Assembly: GCA_018818205.1 (NCBI GenBank)
Contig: JAHISJ010000023.1
Location: 10,600 to 74,599, forward strand
From: Patescibacteria group bacterium
GTDB lineage: Bacteria > Patescibacteriota > JABMPQ01 > JAHIRA01
Direction: 5' to 3'
Length of the DNA stretch: 64,000 nucleotides
The translations under genes and the position numbers were made by a program. Positions 9,173-17,402 of this stretch are shown piece by piece. Numbering within the stretch: position 1 is the first letter of the stretch; every line of letters begins with the position of its first letter. The notes under the pieces are model-generated. The model was not told the DNA's origin, ran no database searches, and worked only from the letters and a program-made list of their open reading frames with translations.

Positions 9173-10516
9173 ATGCTATATGGAGAAGATTCAAATATGA
9201 ATATTGGTTTTTTTACCGACACCTATCAAAAAGGTTTTAGTGGTGTTGAGACATCAATAAACTCGTTTAAAAAAGAGCTTGAGGCTGAGGGACATACAGT
9301 CTATATCTTTGCGCCTCTTGATGGTGAAAAATGGAATACCAAGGAAGAAAACGACCAAGGTATCTTTAGGCTTCAGGCCATGAACCAAGACTTTTTTCCC
9401 GAGTTTAAATTGACGTTTCCACTGTCTGCAAAAGTGATTGCAAACTTTGGAGAATTTGAACTTGATCTTATTCATTCGCATACCCCGTTCATTATGGGTT
9501 TTTATGCAAACGTGGTTGGTTTCACACTCAACGTTCCTGTCATTCATACCTATCATACACTCTACGAAAAGTTTGCGGGGCATAGTTTTCTAAAAGGGAA
9601 AAAGACTGATAAATTGATTATGAATGTTGCTGCAAAGGTCTCAGTCTTGCATACTGCCAGGTGTAACCGAGTTATTGTTCCTTCAAGAAAAATGAAAAAT
9701 ATTCTCGCGGAGTATGGTATCACTGAGAATGTAACAGTGCTCCCGAGCGGGATCAATTTAGAAGCACTCAAGGACATTGATAAAGATGCGTTTAAGAAAA
9801 AGAACAAGATTTTACAAAAGAAAAAGACACTTCTGTTTGTGGGTAGAATAGGTCGTGAAAAAAACGTCTCATTTCTTTTTGATGCACTCGAAACTATTCG
9901 AAAAAAGAACAAGAATGTCTTACTCATTGTGATTGGCAGTGGTCCCGCAGAGGACGAACTAAAGGAAGAAGCAAAGAAAAGATCACTGGCTAAGAATGTT
10001 CTTTTTGCGGGACATAAAAAGAGAGAAGACGTGTACGAGGCATACGCGGGATCTGACATATTTGCGTTTGCATCACAAACCGATACTCAAAGTTTAGTTA
10101 TTGTTGAGGCTGCCGCATCGGGGCTTCCCATAGTTATGCTCAAGGATGAAGGATTGATAGATCTTGTTAAAGATGGTAAGAATGGGTTTGTGGTAGATAC
10201 TCCTGACGAGTTTGCTGACGCGACCTTAAGGCTACTTTCAAGCAAAAAACTACACGATGATTTTTCAAGAGAAGCAAAAGAGGCTGCAAGCAAGTATTCC
10301 ATTGAAAACCAAACAAGAAAGCTGATCAAAGTGTATCAGGAGACGCTTAAAGATTTTGATGCTGCATCGATTAGAAAGAAGATGCAAAAACAGCTTAAGA
10401 GAGAAGTTGAATTTAAAAAACTATTTGATGTAAAGAAGAATCGTGAATTTTTATCTACATTAAAGGGCAAGACTAAGGAATTACTTAAAAATCTTAATAA
10501 TAAAGTCAATGGATAA
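9173..10516 (+). CDS. glycosyltransferase family 4 with a Lys-rich C-terminal extension. The likely true start is ATG 9197 (MNIGFFTDTY).
   Basis: NIGFFTDTYQKGFSGVETSIN..GHTVYIFAP; FAFASQTDTQSLVIVEAAASGLPIVMLKDEGLIDLVKDGKNGF. Divergent from the other GT4. Confidence 0.7.
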   Translation: MLYGEDSNMNIGFFTDTYQKGFSGVETSINSFKKELEAEGHTVYIFAPLDGEKWNTKEENDQGIFRLQAMNQDFFPEFKLTFPLSAKVIANFGEFELDLIHSHTPFIMGFYANVVGFTLNVPVIHTYHTLYEKFAGHSFLKGKKTDKLIMNVAAKVSVLHTARCNRVIVPSRKMKNILAEYGITENVTVLPSGINLEALKDIDKDAFKKKNKILQKKKTLLFVGRIGREKNVSFLFDALETIRKKNKNVLLIVIGSGPAEDELKEEAKKRSLAKNVLFAGHKKREDVYEAYAGSDIFAFASQTDTQSLVIVEAAASGLPIVMLKDEGLIDLVKDGKNGFVVDTPDEFADATLRLLSSKKLHDDFSREAKEAASKYSIENQTRKLIKVYQETLKDFDAASIRKKMQKQLKREVEFKKLFDVKKNREFLSTLKGKTKELLKNLNNKVNG

Positions 10517-10970
10517 AGAGAGAACACTTATTTTGTGTAAACCCGATGCATTGCAGAGAAACCTGCTTGGTGCGGTTATTTCTCGTTTTGAGAGAAAAGG
10601 GTTAAAGCTTGTTGGGATCAAAATGGTTGGGTTAAGCGATACAGAACTTGACGAGCACTACGCTCATCTTAAAGATAAGCCATTTTTTGAAGGACTTAAA
10701 AAATACATGAAGCAAACGCCGGTTGTAGCCATGGTTCTTGAAGGCGAAGAATGTATTGATGCAGTGAGACTCATCACCGGCGCGACAAAAGGTGCTGAAG
10801 CGGATGCAGGAACCATTCGTGGTGATTTTGCTATGGCAACACCAGGGAACATTGTCCACGCTTCTGATTCAGTTGAGAATGCAAAGGAAGAGATCTATCG
10901 GTTCTTCAATGACGATGAGCTTTACGACTATGCAAAGATTGATGAGACATTCTTGTATTGGAAGGATTAG
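10509..10970 (+). CDS. ndk: nucleoside diphosphate kinase
   Basis: ERTLILCKPDALQRNLLGAVISRFERKGLKLVG. Active-site His in NIVHASDSVENA. Confidence 0.9.
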   Translation: MDKERTLILCKPDALQRNLLGAVISRFERKGLKLVGIKMVGLSDTELDEHYAHLKDKPFFEGLKKYMKQTPVVAMVLEGEECIDAVRLITGATKGAEADAGTIRGDFAMATPGNIVHASDSVENAKEEIYRFFNDDELYDYAKIDETFLYWKD

Positions 10971-10994
10971 AGGGGTACAAATTTTAAAAAAGAA

Positions 10995-11019
10995 GGTGAA
11001 AGATGATTCACCTTTTTTT
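10995..11019 (+). terminator. intrinsic terminator after ndk (GGTGAA-AGATGA-TTCACC + T7)
   Basis: Seen directly. The ATG at 11003 lies in the loop, so the 11003 ORF start is unlikely. Confidence 0.6.
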
Positions 11020-11020
11020 A

Positions 11021-11049
11021 TTGACCAAAAAATTGTTTTTCAGTACTAT
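11021..11049 (+). promoter_or_regulatory. near-consensus sigma70 promoter (TTGACC-17 nt-TACTAT)
   Basis: -35 at 11021-11026 and -10 at 11044-11049. Lies upstream of the Met at 11093. Confidence 0.55.
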
Positions 11050-11092
11050 TGATTTAGTTATTTGCACATTAGTTAGAATCAAAAGTACACAA

Positions 11093-11452
11093 ATGAAAGA
11101 GGAGTCTCCAGTGGTAAAGAAGGAATTTGAGATGGCAGTGTTGGCGATGCAGCAATACTTCCTGGATTTGAAGGAAGATGTCGATGCTCTACAGGCGTTT
11201 GAGGATGAGCTTCAAGATCCTCCGGAAGAATGTACATGCGGAGGAAAAATGGAGTGTGATAGGTGCACGTGGAAACATGTAGCACCTATGCAGTGTGGCA
11301 TTTTGTACTTGCTCCTTGAGGATGTGCGAAATGGTGCTTTTGAAGAAGAGGAGGACTCTTTAAACGGTTTAGAAGAAGGGGAGATTGAATCTCCTTCAGG
11401 TGAGTTTGATGAACCTCCCATTCTGTTGGATTTAGACACTTTATTTCAGTAG
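11093..11452 (+). CDS. small acidic protein with a Cys4 cluster (CTCGGKMECDRCTWKH), unknown function. Start placed at the internal Met downstream of the promoter.
   Basis: ORF 11003-11452 begins inside the ndk terminator. Met at 11093 follows the promoter. Highly acidic C-terminus (EEEEDSLNGLEEGEIESP). Confidence 0.4.
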   Translation: MKEESPVVKKEFEMAVLAMQQYFLDLKEDVDALQAFEDELQDPPEECTCGGKMECDRCTWKHVAPMQCGILYLLLEDVRNGAFEEEEDSLNGLEEGEIESPSGEFDEPPILLDLDTLFQ

Positions 11453-11545
11453 ACGCATACATTTATATTTTAATGAGCACAGGATTCCTCTTGATGCTCT
11501 TTTTGTTATTGAAAAAATAAAAAGCATATGAGAAAGTAACATACA

Positions 11546-11621
11546 CGGGCTGTGGCGCAGTTGGTAGCGCGCACGCATGGGGTGCGTGAGGTCGTCGGTT
11601 CAAATCCGGTCAGCCCGACCA
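11546..11621 (+). tRNA. tRNA-Pro (anticodon GGG), CCA encoded
   Basis: Cloverleaf folded by hand. Acceptor CGGGCUG/CAGCCCG. D-stem GCGC. Anticodon stem CACGC/GCGUG with loop AUGGGGU. T-arm GUCGG-UUCAAAU-CCGGU. Discriminator A then CCA. Confidence 0.85.
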
Positions 11622-11677
11622 TGTACCAGAATAGGAATTTTCGTACATGGCAGGGCCATTTTATTTATAATCTCAAA

Positions 11678-11732
11678 CCCTGTACCGAATTCCTATCCTG
11701 GTACAGGGTGGGGCGCCGGTTTTCAATTTTTT
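11678..11732 (+). terminator. hairpin (CCCTGTACC-13 nt-GGTACAGGG) plus GGCGCC/T-rich tract downstream of tRNA-Pro(GGG). Overlaps a second 17-bp inverted repeat (11624-11640 / 11688-11704).
   Basis: Seen directly; nested alternative stems. Confidence 0.5.
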
Positions 11733-11826
11733 ATGAAGCAAAAAAGCCCTTGCAAAGCTGAACCAACGCTTATACACTGACGGTGAAGCGAGAACGGTGA
11801 ATTCTGCAAAAAATTAACGTAAGCAT

Positions 11827-12213
11827 ATGAGTAAGACTCCCCATAATACAAAAAAGATTTTGATTGTTGAGGATGAGATTTTTCTCTTAGACATTTTAGA
11901 AAAAAGACTCGAGCAAAAAGGCTTCACAGTGCTTAAAGCAGATGATGGTGAAAAAGGGCTTGAGTTTGCGTTACGTGAGCATCCGGACTTAATCCTCCTT
12001 GATATACTTATGCCTAAAATGGATGGTCTCGAGATGACAAAGAAACTACGAGAAGATGCATGGGGAAAAAATGCGCATGTAGTTGTACTTTCAAACTTAA
12101 ATGAAACAGGAACGAGAAGAGAGTTTGAGGAGCTTGGTATAGATGAATACTATGTGAAGTCTGATTGGAAACTGGAAGATATTGGGAAAAAGGCTGAGCA
12201 GTGGCTTGCCTAG
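11827..12213 (+). CDS. orphan response-regulator receiver domain (CheY-like, no output domain)
   Basis: KILIVEDEIFLLDIL..DLILLDILMPKMDGLEM..VVVLSNL: DD pair, phospho-Asp, conserved Thr/Ser and Lys positions. Confidence 0.8.
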   Translation: MSKTPHNTKKILIVEDEIFLLDILEKRLEQKGFTVLKADDGEKGLEFALREHPDLILLDILMPKMDGLEMTKKLREDAWGKNAHVVVLSNLNETGTRREFEELGIDEYYVKSDWKLEDIGKKAEQWLA

Positions 12214-12238
12214 AGTTTGTATGTTTTTCGTATCATAA

Positions 12239-12259
12239 AGCTGGACTATCCGGCTTTTT
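12239..12259 (+). terminator. intrinsic terminator after the receiver gene (AGCTGG-ACTAT-CCGGCT + T4)
   Basis: 6-bp stem with one G.U pair, followed by TTTT. Confidence 0.45.
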
Positions 12260-12299
12260 GTTTGAATCTAATACAATAATACGATAGAGTAATAATTGA

Positions 12300-12371
12300 C
12301 GGGATATAGCGCAGTGGTAGCGCGCATCGTTCGGGACGATGAGGTCGCCGGTTCAAATCCGGCTATCCCGA
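12300..12371 (+). tRNA. tRNA-Pro (anticodon CGG), CCA not encoded
   Basis: Acceptor CGGGAUA/UAUCCCG. D-stem GCGC. Anticodon stem CAUCG/CGAUG with loop UUCGGGA. T-arm GCCGG-UUCAAAU-CCGGC. Discriminator A. Confidence 0.85.
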
Positions 12372-12457
12372 TTAGTTAACGATAATAGTCTGTCTATCCA
12401 AGAAAAAAAACAGTTATGCGAGCTCCTTGATAGCGGTGTATTTCCTGAAAACGTTAG

Positions 12458-12492
12458 AGACCTATGTACATTGTATGTGTAGGTCTTTTTTG
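12458..12492 (+). terminator. intrinsic terminator downstream of tRNA-Pro(CGG) (AGACCTA-15 nt-TAGGTCT + T6)
   Basis: Perfect 7-bp stem and T-run. Confidence 0.5.
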
Positions 12493-12514
12493 TTTATATT
12501 CATATCTTCTTTAT

Positions 12515-12554
12515 GAAAATAAAAAAGCCCCGAGAATTTCAAAGAATTCAGGGG
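12515..12554 (-). terminator. minus-strand intrinsic terminator for the 13432->12588 operon (CCCC..GAATTy hairpin followed by U-run when read on the minus strand)
   Basis: Read on the minus strand: CCCCTGAATTCTTTGAAATTCTCGGGGC then TTTTTTATTTTC. Confidence 0.45.
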
Positions 12555-12587
12555 ACCAAGAACCTAAGAATCAAAAAAAACCTAGAA

Positions 12588-13088
12588 TCAAAATGGCACT
12601 TTTGAAGCAATCGCTTGCTTTGGGACAATCGAATGGTGAAAGAAGCATGAATTTTTTTTCTTATCTTCGAATGGTACTGTTTCTATTGTTATATGTTGAT
12701 TTGCTTGCAAGAATGTGTTAGCTATCATAAAGTGTTGTTGGGCTGAAGTAAATAAAAATGAGTACTCTCTTTCACAATTTACTGGGAAAAGTAGGGGTAG
12801 ATAGTTGTATAAAAATCGTAAAATCTGTGCTTGAGTTAAACAAAGCTTATCAAGATCCTCTTTGAAGCAGCTAAATCTAGTTGATTCATACCAGAAAATG
12901 CGTTCTAAGTAACAGACACAAACCTCAACTTCTAGTGTGTCTGGTACAAGGAATGAGAATAAAGGGTTTAATCTTCTATTAGGAAATAATCTCAAAAATA
13001 GGTTATGCACTGACACGTCCTTGCAAGCTGGTATGATAAATGGCTCTTTTGACGAGTCCCATATAATTGGAGTGGTAGTATCCTTCAT
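12588..13088 (-). CDS. hypothetical protein (166 aa, Phe/Leu/Cys-rich, no recognisable domain). Second gene of a two-gene antisense operon.
   Basis: ORF with a 4-nt ATGA overlap to the upstream gene. AT-rich (about 35 % GC by eye). Followed by its own terminator. Confidence 0.35.
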   Translation of the reverse strand: MKDTTTPIIWDSSKEPFIIPACKDVSVHNLFLRLFPNRRLNPLFSFLVPDTLEVEVCVCYLERIFWYESTRFSCFKEDLDKLCLTQAQILRFLYNYLPLLFPVNCEREYSFLFTSAQQHFMIANTFLQANQHITIETVPFEDKKKNSCFFHHSIVPKQAIASKVPF

Positions 13089-13432
13089 GTTCTCTCCTTT
13101 GCACTTATTCTGTTAAAAACGTCATGTGTTGCATTTAATGTTCCCCACTGTTCATCGTGAATCATGAGAACAATACTCACGTCGAATGGCTTATCTGACG
13201 TGAGTCTAATACGCCGACGCGTTAAGGTATGTGGTCCATTAAAACATTGCTGCTCTCTGCACGTGATAGCTTCTTCACTAAGAACTTCTCTTTGTGCATT
13301 TCCGTGCACATAGTAAGAAATTTCAGCAAGCAGAGATATGATTCCTTTTTTATCATGAAAAAAAGCTTCACACACTTCTAAAATGTAGCTTAGTACCACT
13401 GTTTTCACACTTTCCTCCTCATAGAAGATCAA
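13085..13432 (-). CDS. hypothetical protein (115 aa). First gene of the antisense operon next to the tRNA-Pro genes.
   Basis: ORF. Divergent promoter region 13433-13550 shared with the + strand FMN-reductase gene. No motif recognised. Confidence 0.4.
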   Translation of the reverse strand: MIFYEEESVKTVVLSYILEVCEAFFHDKKGIISLLAEISYYVHGNAQREVLSEEAITCREQQCFNGPHTLTRRRIRLTSDKPFDVSIVLMIHDEQWGTLNATHDVFNRISAKERT

Positions 13433-13550
13433 ACACTTCGGCTTGCAATTTAACCATGTATTCTATGAAGGTACAAGAGATTATTACTGTCATCCAAAAG
13501 TAATCGTATAAAGGTATGCTATAATAACTCAAAGTAAATAACAAAAAAAT

Positions 13551-14114
13551 ATGGAAGAAAAAGTATCACTTGTTCTCATGTTGGGAACAAACAGACAAGA
13601 CAGCGAGAGTACCAAAGTAGCACAATTTCTCCTTAAAGAGCTTAAAAAAAGGGATGAAATAGAAACAACGTTTCTTGATCTCCATGACGTATCTATTCCA
13701 CAAGATAACTACGGGCAAGATTTAAAGGAGCATCTTAAGGAATATAAAGAGGCGATTACACAAGCAGATGGACTCATTATTGTGGTGCCAGAGTACAATC
13801 ACGGGTATCCGGGGATATTAAAATCGGTACTTGATTCACTATACCCTGAGTATGAGCGTAAGGCTGCTGGTCTTGTGGGCGTCTCAGCAGGCCCCTGGGG
13901 TGGAACACGGGTTATAGAAAACCTAATCCCTGTCCTCAAAATGCTCGGACTGGTGGTAACAGCTTCAGATCTTCAATTCCCCAATGTTAAGAATCTCTTT
14001 GATGAAGACGGTGATATTGTTGGCAAACAATATAACGAGCACACGGAGAAATTCATAGATACCGTTGTCTGGTTGAGTAAAACGTTAAAATGGGGACGAG
14101 AGAATCTTGATTAA
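13551..14114 (+). CDS. NADPH-dependent FMN reductase / flavodoxin-like fold oxidoreductase
   Basis: VSLVLMLGTNRQDSESTKVAQFL..ADGLIIVVPEYNHGYPGILKSVLD..GLVGVSAGPWGG, typical of SsuE/NAD(P)H-FMN reductases. Confidence 0.7.
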   Translation: MEEKVSLVLMLGTNRQDSESTKVAQFLLKELKKRDEIETTFLDLHDVSIPQDNYGQDLKEHLKEYKEAITQADGLIIVVPEYNHGYPGILKSVLDSLYPEYERKAAGLVGVSAGPWGGTRVIENLIPVLKMLGLVVTASDLQFPNVKNLFDEDGDIVGKQYNEHTEKFIDTVVWLSKTLKWGRENLD

Positions 14115-14166
14115 GCATTGCACGTGTGATACTATGTAATCCTGATTACTGAATAATACAATTTTT

Positions 14167-14799
14167 GTGCCGATTAATTTCCTTTTTTCACAACCGATTC
14201 TTTTTGTCGCATGGGCAGTAGCTCTGGTTATTGCTATTTCGTTTCATGAATTTTCTCATGCTCTTGCAGCGTATCTTCTGGGTGATATTACCGCAAAAGA
14301 AGAAGGAAGACTCACATTAAATCCAGCGGCCCATTTGAGCTTATGGGGCACCGTTATGCTTTTTTTAGCAGGATTTGGGTGGGGAAAGCCAGTGCCATTT
14401 AATCCATACAATCTCAAGCATCAGCGTTTGGGTCCAGTTATCATTGCACTTGCAGGACCACTCTCAAATCTACTCCTTATCGTTGTATTTGGACTCTTTT
14501 TTAAGTTTGTGTTTCCATTGTTTGGTCTTGATAAGGGCAATGCTTTATACTCTTTTCTAATGATTTTTTTGGTGTCAAACGCAATACTATTGCTTTTCAA
14601 CTTACTTCCCATTCCTCCCCTTGATGGCTCTAAACTACTTTTTGCAGTCATGCCTGACTCTTGGACCCCAGTAAAGGCTTTTCTTCAACAGTACGGCTTT
14701 TTTATTCTTATCGGGTTTATTCTTGTAGGATCACCTTTTCTTTGGGAGCTATTAGAGCTGTTTCAAAGATATTTCTTATCTTTATTTATCCCTTTTTAG
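14167..14799 (+). CDS. peptidase M50 family (site-2 protease-like membrane zinc metalloprotease), GTG start
   Basis: HExxH in FHEFSHALAAYLLGD; multiple TM helices; LLPIPPLDGSKLL (LDG motif). Confidence 0.7.
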   Translation: MPINFLFSQPILFVAWAVALVIAISFHEFSHALAAYLLGDITAKEEGRLTLNPAAHLSLWGTVMLFLAGFGWGKPVPFNPYNLKHQRLGPVIIALAGPLSNLLLIVVFGLFFKFVFPLFGLDKGNALYSFLMIFLVSNAILLLFNLLPIPPLDGSKLLFAVMPDSWTPVKAFLQQYGFFILIGFILVGSPFLWELLELFQRYFLSLFIPF

Positions 14800-14850
14800 T
14801 AATACTGCGATTATTCCTTGACGCGAGTAATAATTCCTGCAATACTTATC

Positions 14851-14878
14851 TTGTTATACATATCAAGAGACGTATAAT
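14851..14878 (+). promoter_or_regulatory. sigma70-like promoter for rpsL-rpsG (TTGTTA-16 nt-TATAAT)
   Basis: -35 at 14851-14856 and -10 at 14873-14878. The -10 lies about 30 nt upstream of the rpsL ATG. Confidence 0.5.
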
Positions 14879-14907
14879 TAATTTTCGTATAGTGTAAGTT
14901 ATTTTTT

Positions 14908-15333
14908 ATGCCTACGGTTAACCAACTGGTCAGAAAGAAGAGAAAGCAAGTAACCAAAAAGTCAAAAGCACCTGCACTTCAGAAGGTGTATAATAGTGTT
15001 ACTAAGCGATCAAAAACCCTTCCAAAGGGTAGCGCTTTTAAGCGTGGTGTCTGTGTTAAGGTTACGACGACAACGCCAAAAAAACCTAACTCAGCGCTCC
15101 GTAAAATTGCTCGTGTGCGGTTAACAAACGGTATTGAGGTGACTGCCTATATTCCGGGTGAAGGTCATAATCTACAGGAGCATTCAATCGTATTAATACG
15201 TGGTGGAAGAGTCAAAGATCTTCCTGGAGTGAAGTATCACATTGTGAGAGGTCCTCTTGATGCAGCAGGTGTAGACAACAGAAGGCAAGGACGCAGCAAA
15301 TACGGGGCAAAAATGCCCACCGGTAAAAAATAA
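14908..15333 (+). CDS. rpsL: 30S ribosomal protein S12
   Basis: [13 protein letters not shown].., [37 protein letters not shown]. Confidence 0.95.
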   Translation: MPTVNQLVRKKRKQVTKKSKAPALQKVYNSVTKRSKTLPKGSAFKRGVCVKVTTTTPKKPNSALRKIARVRLTNGIEVTAYIPGEGHNLQEHSIVLIRGGRVKDLPGVKYHIVRGPLDAAGVDNRRQGRSKYGAKMPTGKK

Positions 15334-15350
15334 TAATTGTACTTAGAACT

Positions 15351-15821
15351 ATGTCAAGACGAGCAAGAGCGCCAAAGAAAAAAAGGATTCCAGATTACAA
15401 GTTTAAGAATGAACTTGTGGCAAAGTTTATCAACCACATCATGAAGGATGGTAAAAAAGGTGCAGCAGAGCGCGTGGTGTATGGATCTTTTGATATTATT
15501 TCAGAAAAAGCAAAAAAGGAACCTGTTGAGGTTTTTGATCAAGCATTAAGAAACGTCGGTCCGTCACTCGAAGTCAAGGGTAGAAGAATTGGTGGTGCAA
15601 ACTATCAAATTCCTTATGAAGTTCATGGCGACAGGCGAGACACGCTTGCTATGCGCTGGATTATTGAAGCGTGTAGAAGAAAAAAAGGTAAGCCTATGGC
15701 TGAGTTTCTTGCAACTGAACTGATCGATGCTTCTGAAAAGCAAGGTTCAGCATACAAAAAACGTGAAGATGTACAGAGAATGGCAGAAGCAAATAAAGCG
15801 TTTGCTCATTTTGCGAGATAA
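15351..15821 (+). CDS. rpsG: 30S ribosomal protein S7
   Basis: KFINHIMKDGKKGAAERVVY..EVKGRRIGGANYQIPYEV..AMRWII; immediately follows rpsL. Confidence 0.95.
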   Translation: MSRRARAPKKKRIPDYKFKNELVAKFINHIMKDGKKGAAERVVYGSFDIISEKAKKEPVEVFDQALRNVGPSLEVKGRRIGGANYQIPYEVHGDRRDTLAMRWIIEACRRKKGKPMAEFLATELIDASEKQGSAYKKREDVQRMAEANKAFAHFAR

Positions 15822-15839
15822 AAGTACAAATAAAATAGT

Positions 15840-16202
15840 ATGGAAAAGAGCTTAGTAAGATTTTTAGTAATGGTAGTAGCCATTGCTTTTTGTATTAGTG
15901 GTACCACTGTACATGCACAAGATGATACACTCGCAGGGCTTCTCGCTGTTGGTGGAATCAGCCTTGTATCAATCATATGGATGCTGTGGATGGGGTTTGT
16001 ATTTTTGATGATGCTTGTAAATATTGCAGGAATGGTTTTTTGGATTTTTATGATTATAGACGCGGCAAAAAGAAAGTATAAAACAGAAAATGACCAGTTA
16101 CTGTGGATTCTTGTGGTGGTACTCACTGGGTGGATAGGTGCGCTCATCTATTACTTTATGGTCAAAAGAAAAGAAGATAAGCTCAATGAAGACAACAAGT
16201 AG
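15840..16202 (+). CDS. small membrane protein with signal peptide and PLDc_N-like motif (WILVVVLTGWIGALIYYF)
   Basis: Signal peptide, then two TM helices. The W...P/G..G..YY motif resembles the cardiolipin-synthase N-terminal-domain (PLDc_N) family. Low certainty. Confidence 0.4.
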   Translation: MEKSLVRFLVMVVAIAFCISGTTVHAQDDTLAGLLAVGGISLVSIIWMLWMGFVFLMMLVNIAGMVFWIFMIIDAAKRKYKTENDQLLWILVVVLTGWIGALIYYFMVKRKEDKLNEDNK

Positions 16203-17397
16203 AGACACAAAAAATATATTCATTGTTTTTGCCCTTCTTTTGGTAGTTGGTCTCTCAACTACCTTTTATTTTGTATGGAGAAATAATAAAATCGACTCAT
16301 ATACAGAGCCGCAAGATATGGTAGAGATTGACAATATCAACATCGTTCCTGAAAGCTCACAAGGTAAGATTGGTGACTATCTTCCGACGCCAACTAAAGT
16401 ATTCATTAAAGAAGATCAATATATATTCCTCGGTACGATAAACGGAGAAACATATATTCAACTTCAAAAAAGAAAAAACGATGAGTTTGATATGAGTATA
16501 CTCATCCAAGATCCAAATATAACTAGTGCCGTCATTGACACATCAGATGAACACATATTGTATACAACCAGTAAATCAGAGAACAACCTAAGTGGAGGGC
16601 TTTACAATGTAACGCTCAAAACGCAAAAAAAAGAACTTATTGCTGAAAACGTAGCAGGCGTTCAAACATACAGTGATGCTTCATTTTCTAAAGATGGAAA
16701 CAGTCTTGCAGCATTGCAAGAAAAAGAAGGGACAAAAGAACTGGTATTGTATGATGTGAACAAAAAAGTGTTTCAACGAGTAAAGCATTCAGATGAGTTG
16801 CCACTTACGGTTTCTCAGTATGAGTGGCTTCTGGATAATAGTATTCTTTTAGTTGGATACGAGGATGAGAAGGGGAAAGTATACAGGCTACATGATGCAA
16901 GCAGCGATGGGTTTGCTGAAGAACTTTCCTTCAACCAGTTTTTTGCTGAAAACGAAACGCCGCTTCTTGCTAAGCAATCAGCAGATGGTGAGAAAATTGC
17001 AGTGCTGTTTGAGCGAGTAATAGATGAAAATAAAAAGGAGCTCGGGCTCGCCGTTTTTAGAGGTGATTCGTTTATGGAGAGGAAGGATATAGAGCTTCCT
17101 GAGGGAAAGCATGTTGAGTATGCATGGGGAGATGGTGCGGAGCTCTACGCAACACTGGGAACTGATTTTTACAAAATAGATACTACTGCTGAGGAGCTTG
17201 CATTGTCAGAGAAACCACTTGTAGAAAATAGGGGATACCTCTATGCAATTCTAGATGATGTATTTGTATTTAGAAAAACATATCAGTTTGAAGATGATAC
17301 CTTGACAAAACTCATCTTTTATGATAAACTGAGGGAAGATGAAGCAGCATATGAGACTGAATTCAATTCATATATTACCCTTTTAGATATAACCTAA
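16186..17397 (+). CDS. membrane-anchored protein with PD40/TolB-like beta-propeller repeats. Start placed at the Met just before the TM helix.
   Basis: TM IFIVFALLLVVGLSTTFYFVW. Repeated S-x-DG-x-x-hydrophobic motifs (SFSKDGNSLAAL, QSADGEKIAVLF, FLGTINGETYIQL). Confidence 0.45.
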   Translation: MKTTSRDTKNIFIVFALLLVVGLSTTFYFVWRNNKIDSYTEPQDMVEIDNINIVPESSQGKIGDYLPTPTKVFIKEDQYIFLGTINGETYIQLQKRKNDEFDMSILIQDPNITSAVIDTSDEHILYTTSKSENNLSGGLYNVTLKTQKKELIAENVAGVQTYSDASFSKDGNSLAALQEKEGTKELVLYDVNKKVFQRVKHSDELPLTVSQYEWLLDNSILLVGYEDEKGKVYRLHDASSDGFAEELSFNQFFAENETPLLAKQSADGEKIAVLFERVIDENKKELGLAVFRGDSFMERKDIELPEGKHVEYAWGDGAELYATLGTDFYKIDTTAEELALSEKPLVENRGYLYAILDDVFVFRKTYQFEDDTLTKLIFYDKLREDEAAYETEFNSYITLLDIT

Positions 17398-17402
17398 AAA
17401 TT

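Noticed and set aside
11003-11092. Longer start (ATG 11003) for the acidic Cys4 protein
   Set aside because: The ATG sits in the loop of the ndk terminator, upstream of the promoter. The encoded 30-aa leader is hydrophobic and unlike the rest of the protein.
11552-11780. Two 67-69-aa + strand ORFs (11552-11761, 11577-11780)
   Set aside because: They overlap the tRNA-Pro(GGG) gene and its terminator hairpins; they are artefacts of the GC-rich tRNA sequence.
12464-12721. 85-aa + strand ORF downstream of tRNA-Pro(CGG)
   Set aside because: It spans two terminator hairpins (12458-12492 on + and 12515-12554 on -) and the 3' end of the antisense operon. It has low-complexity sequence with no RBS, so it is likely spurious.
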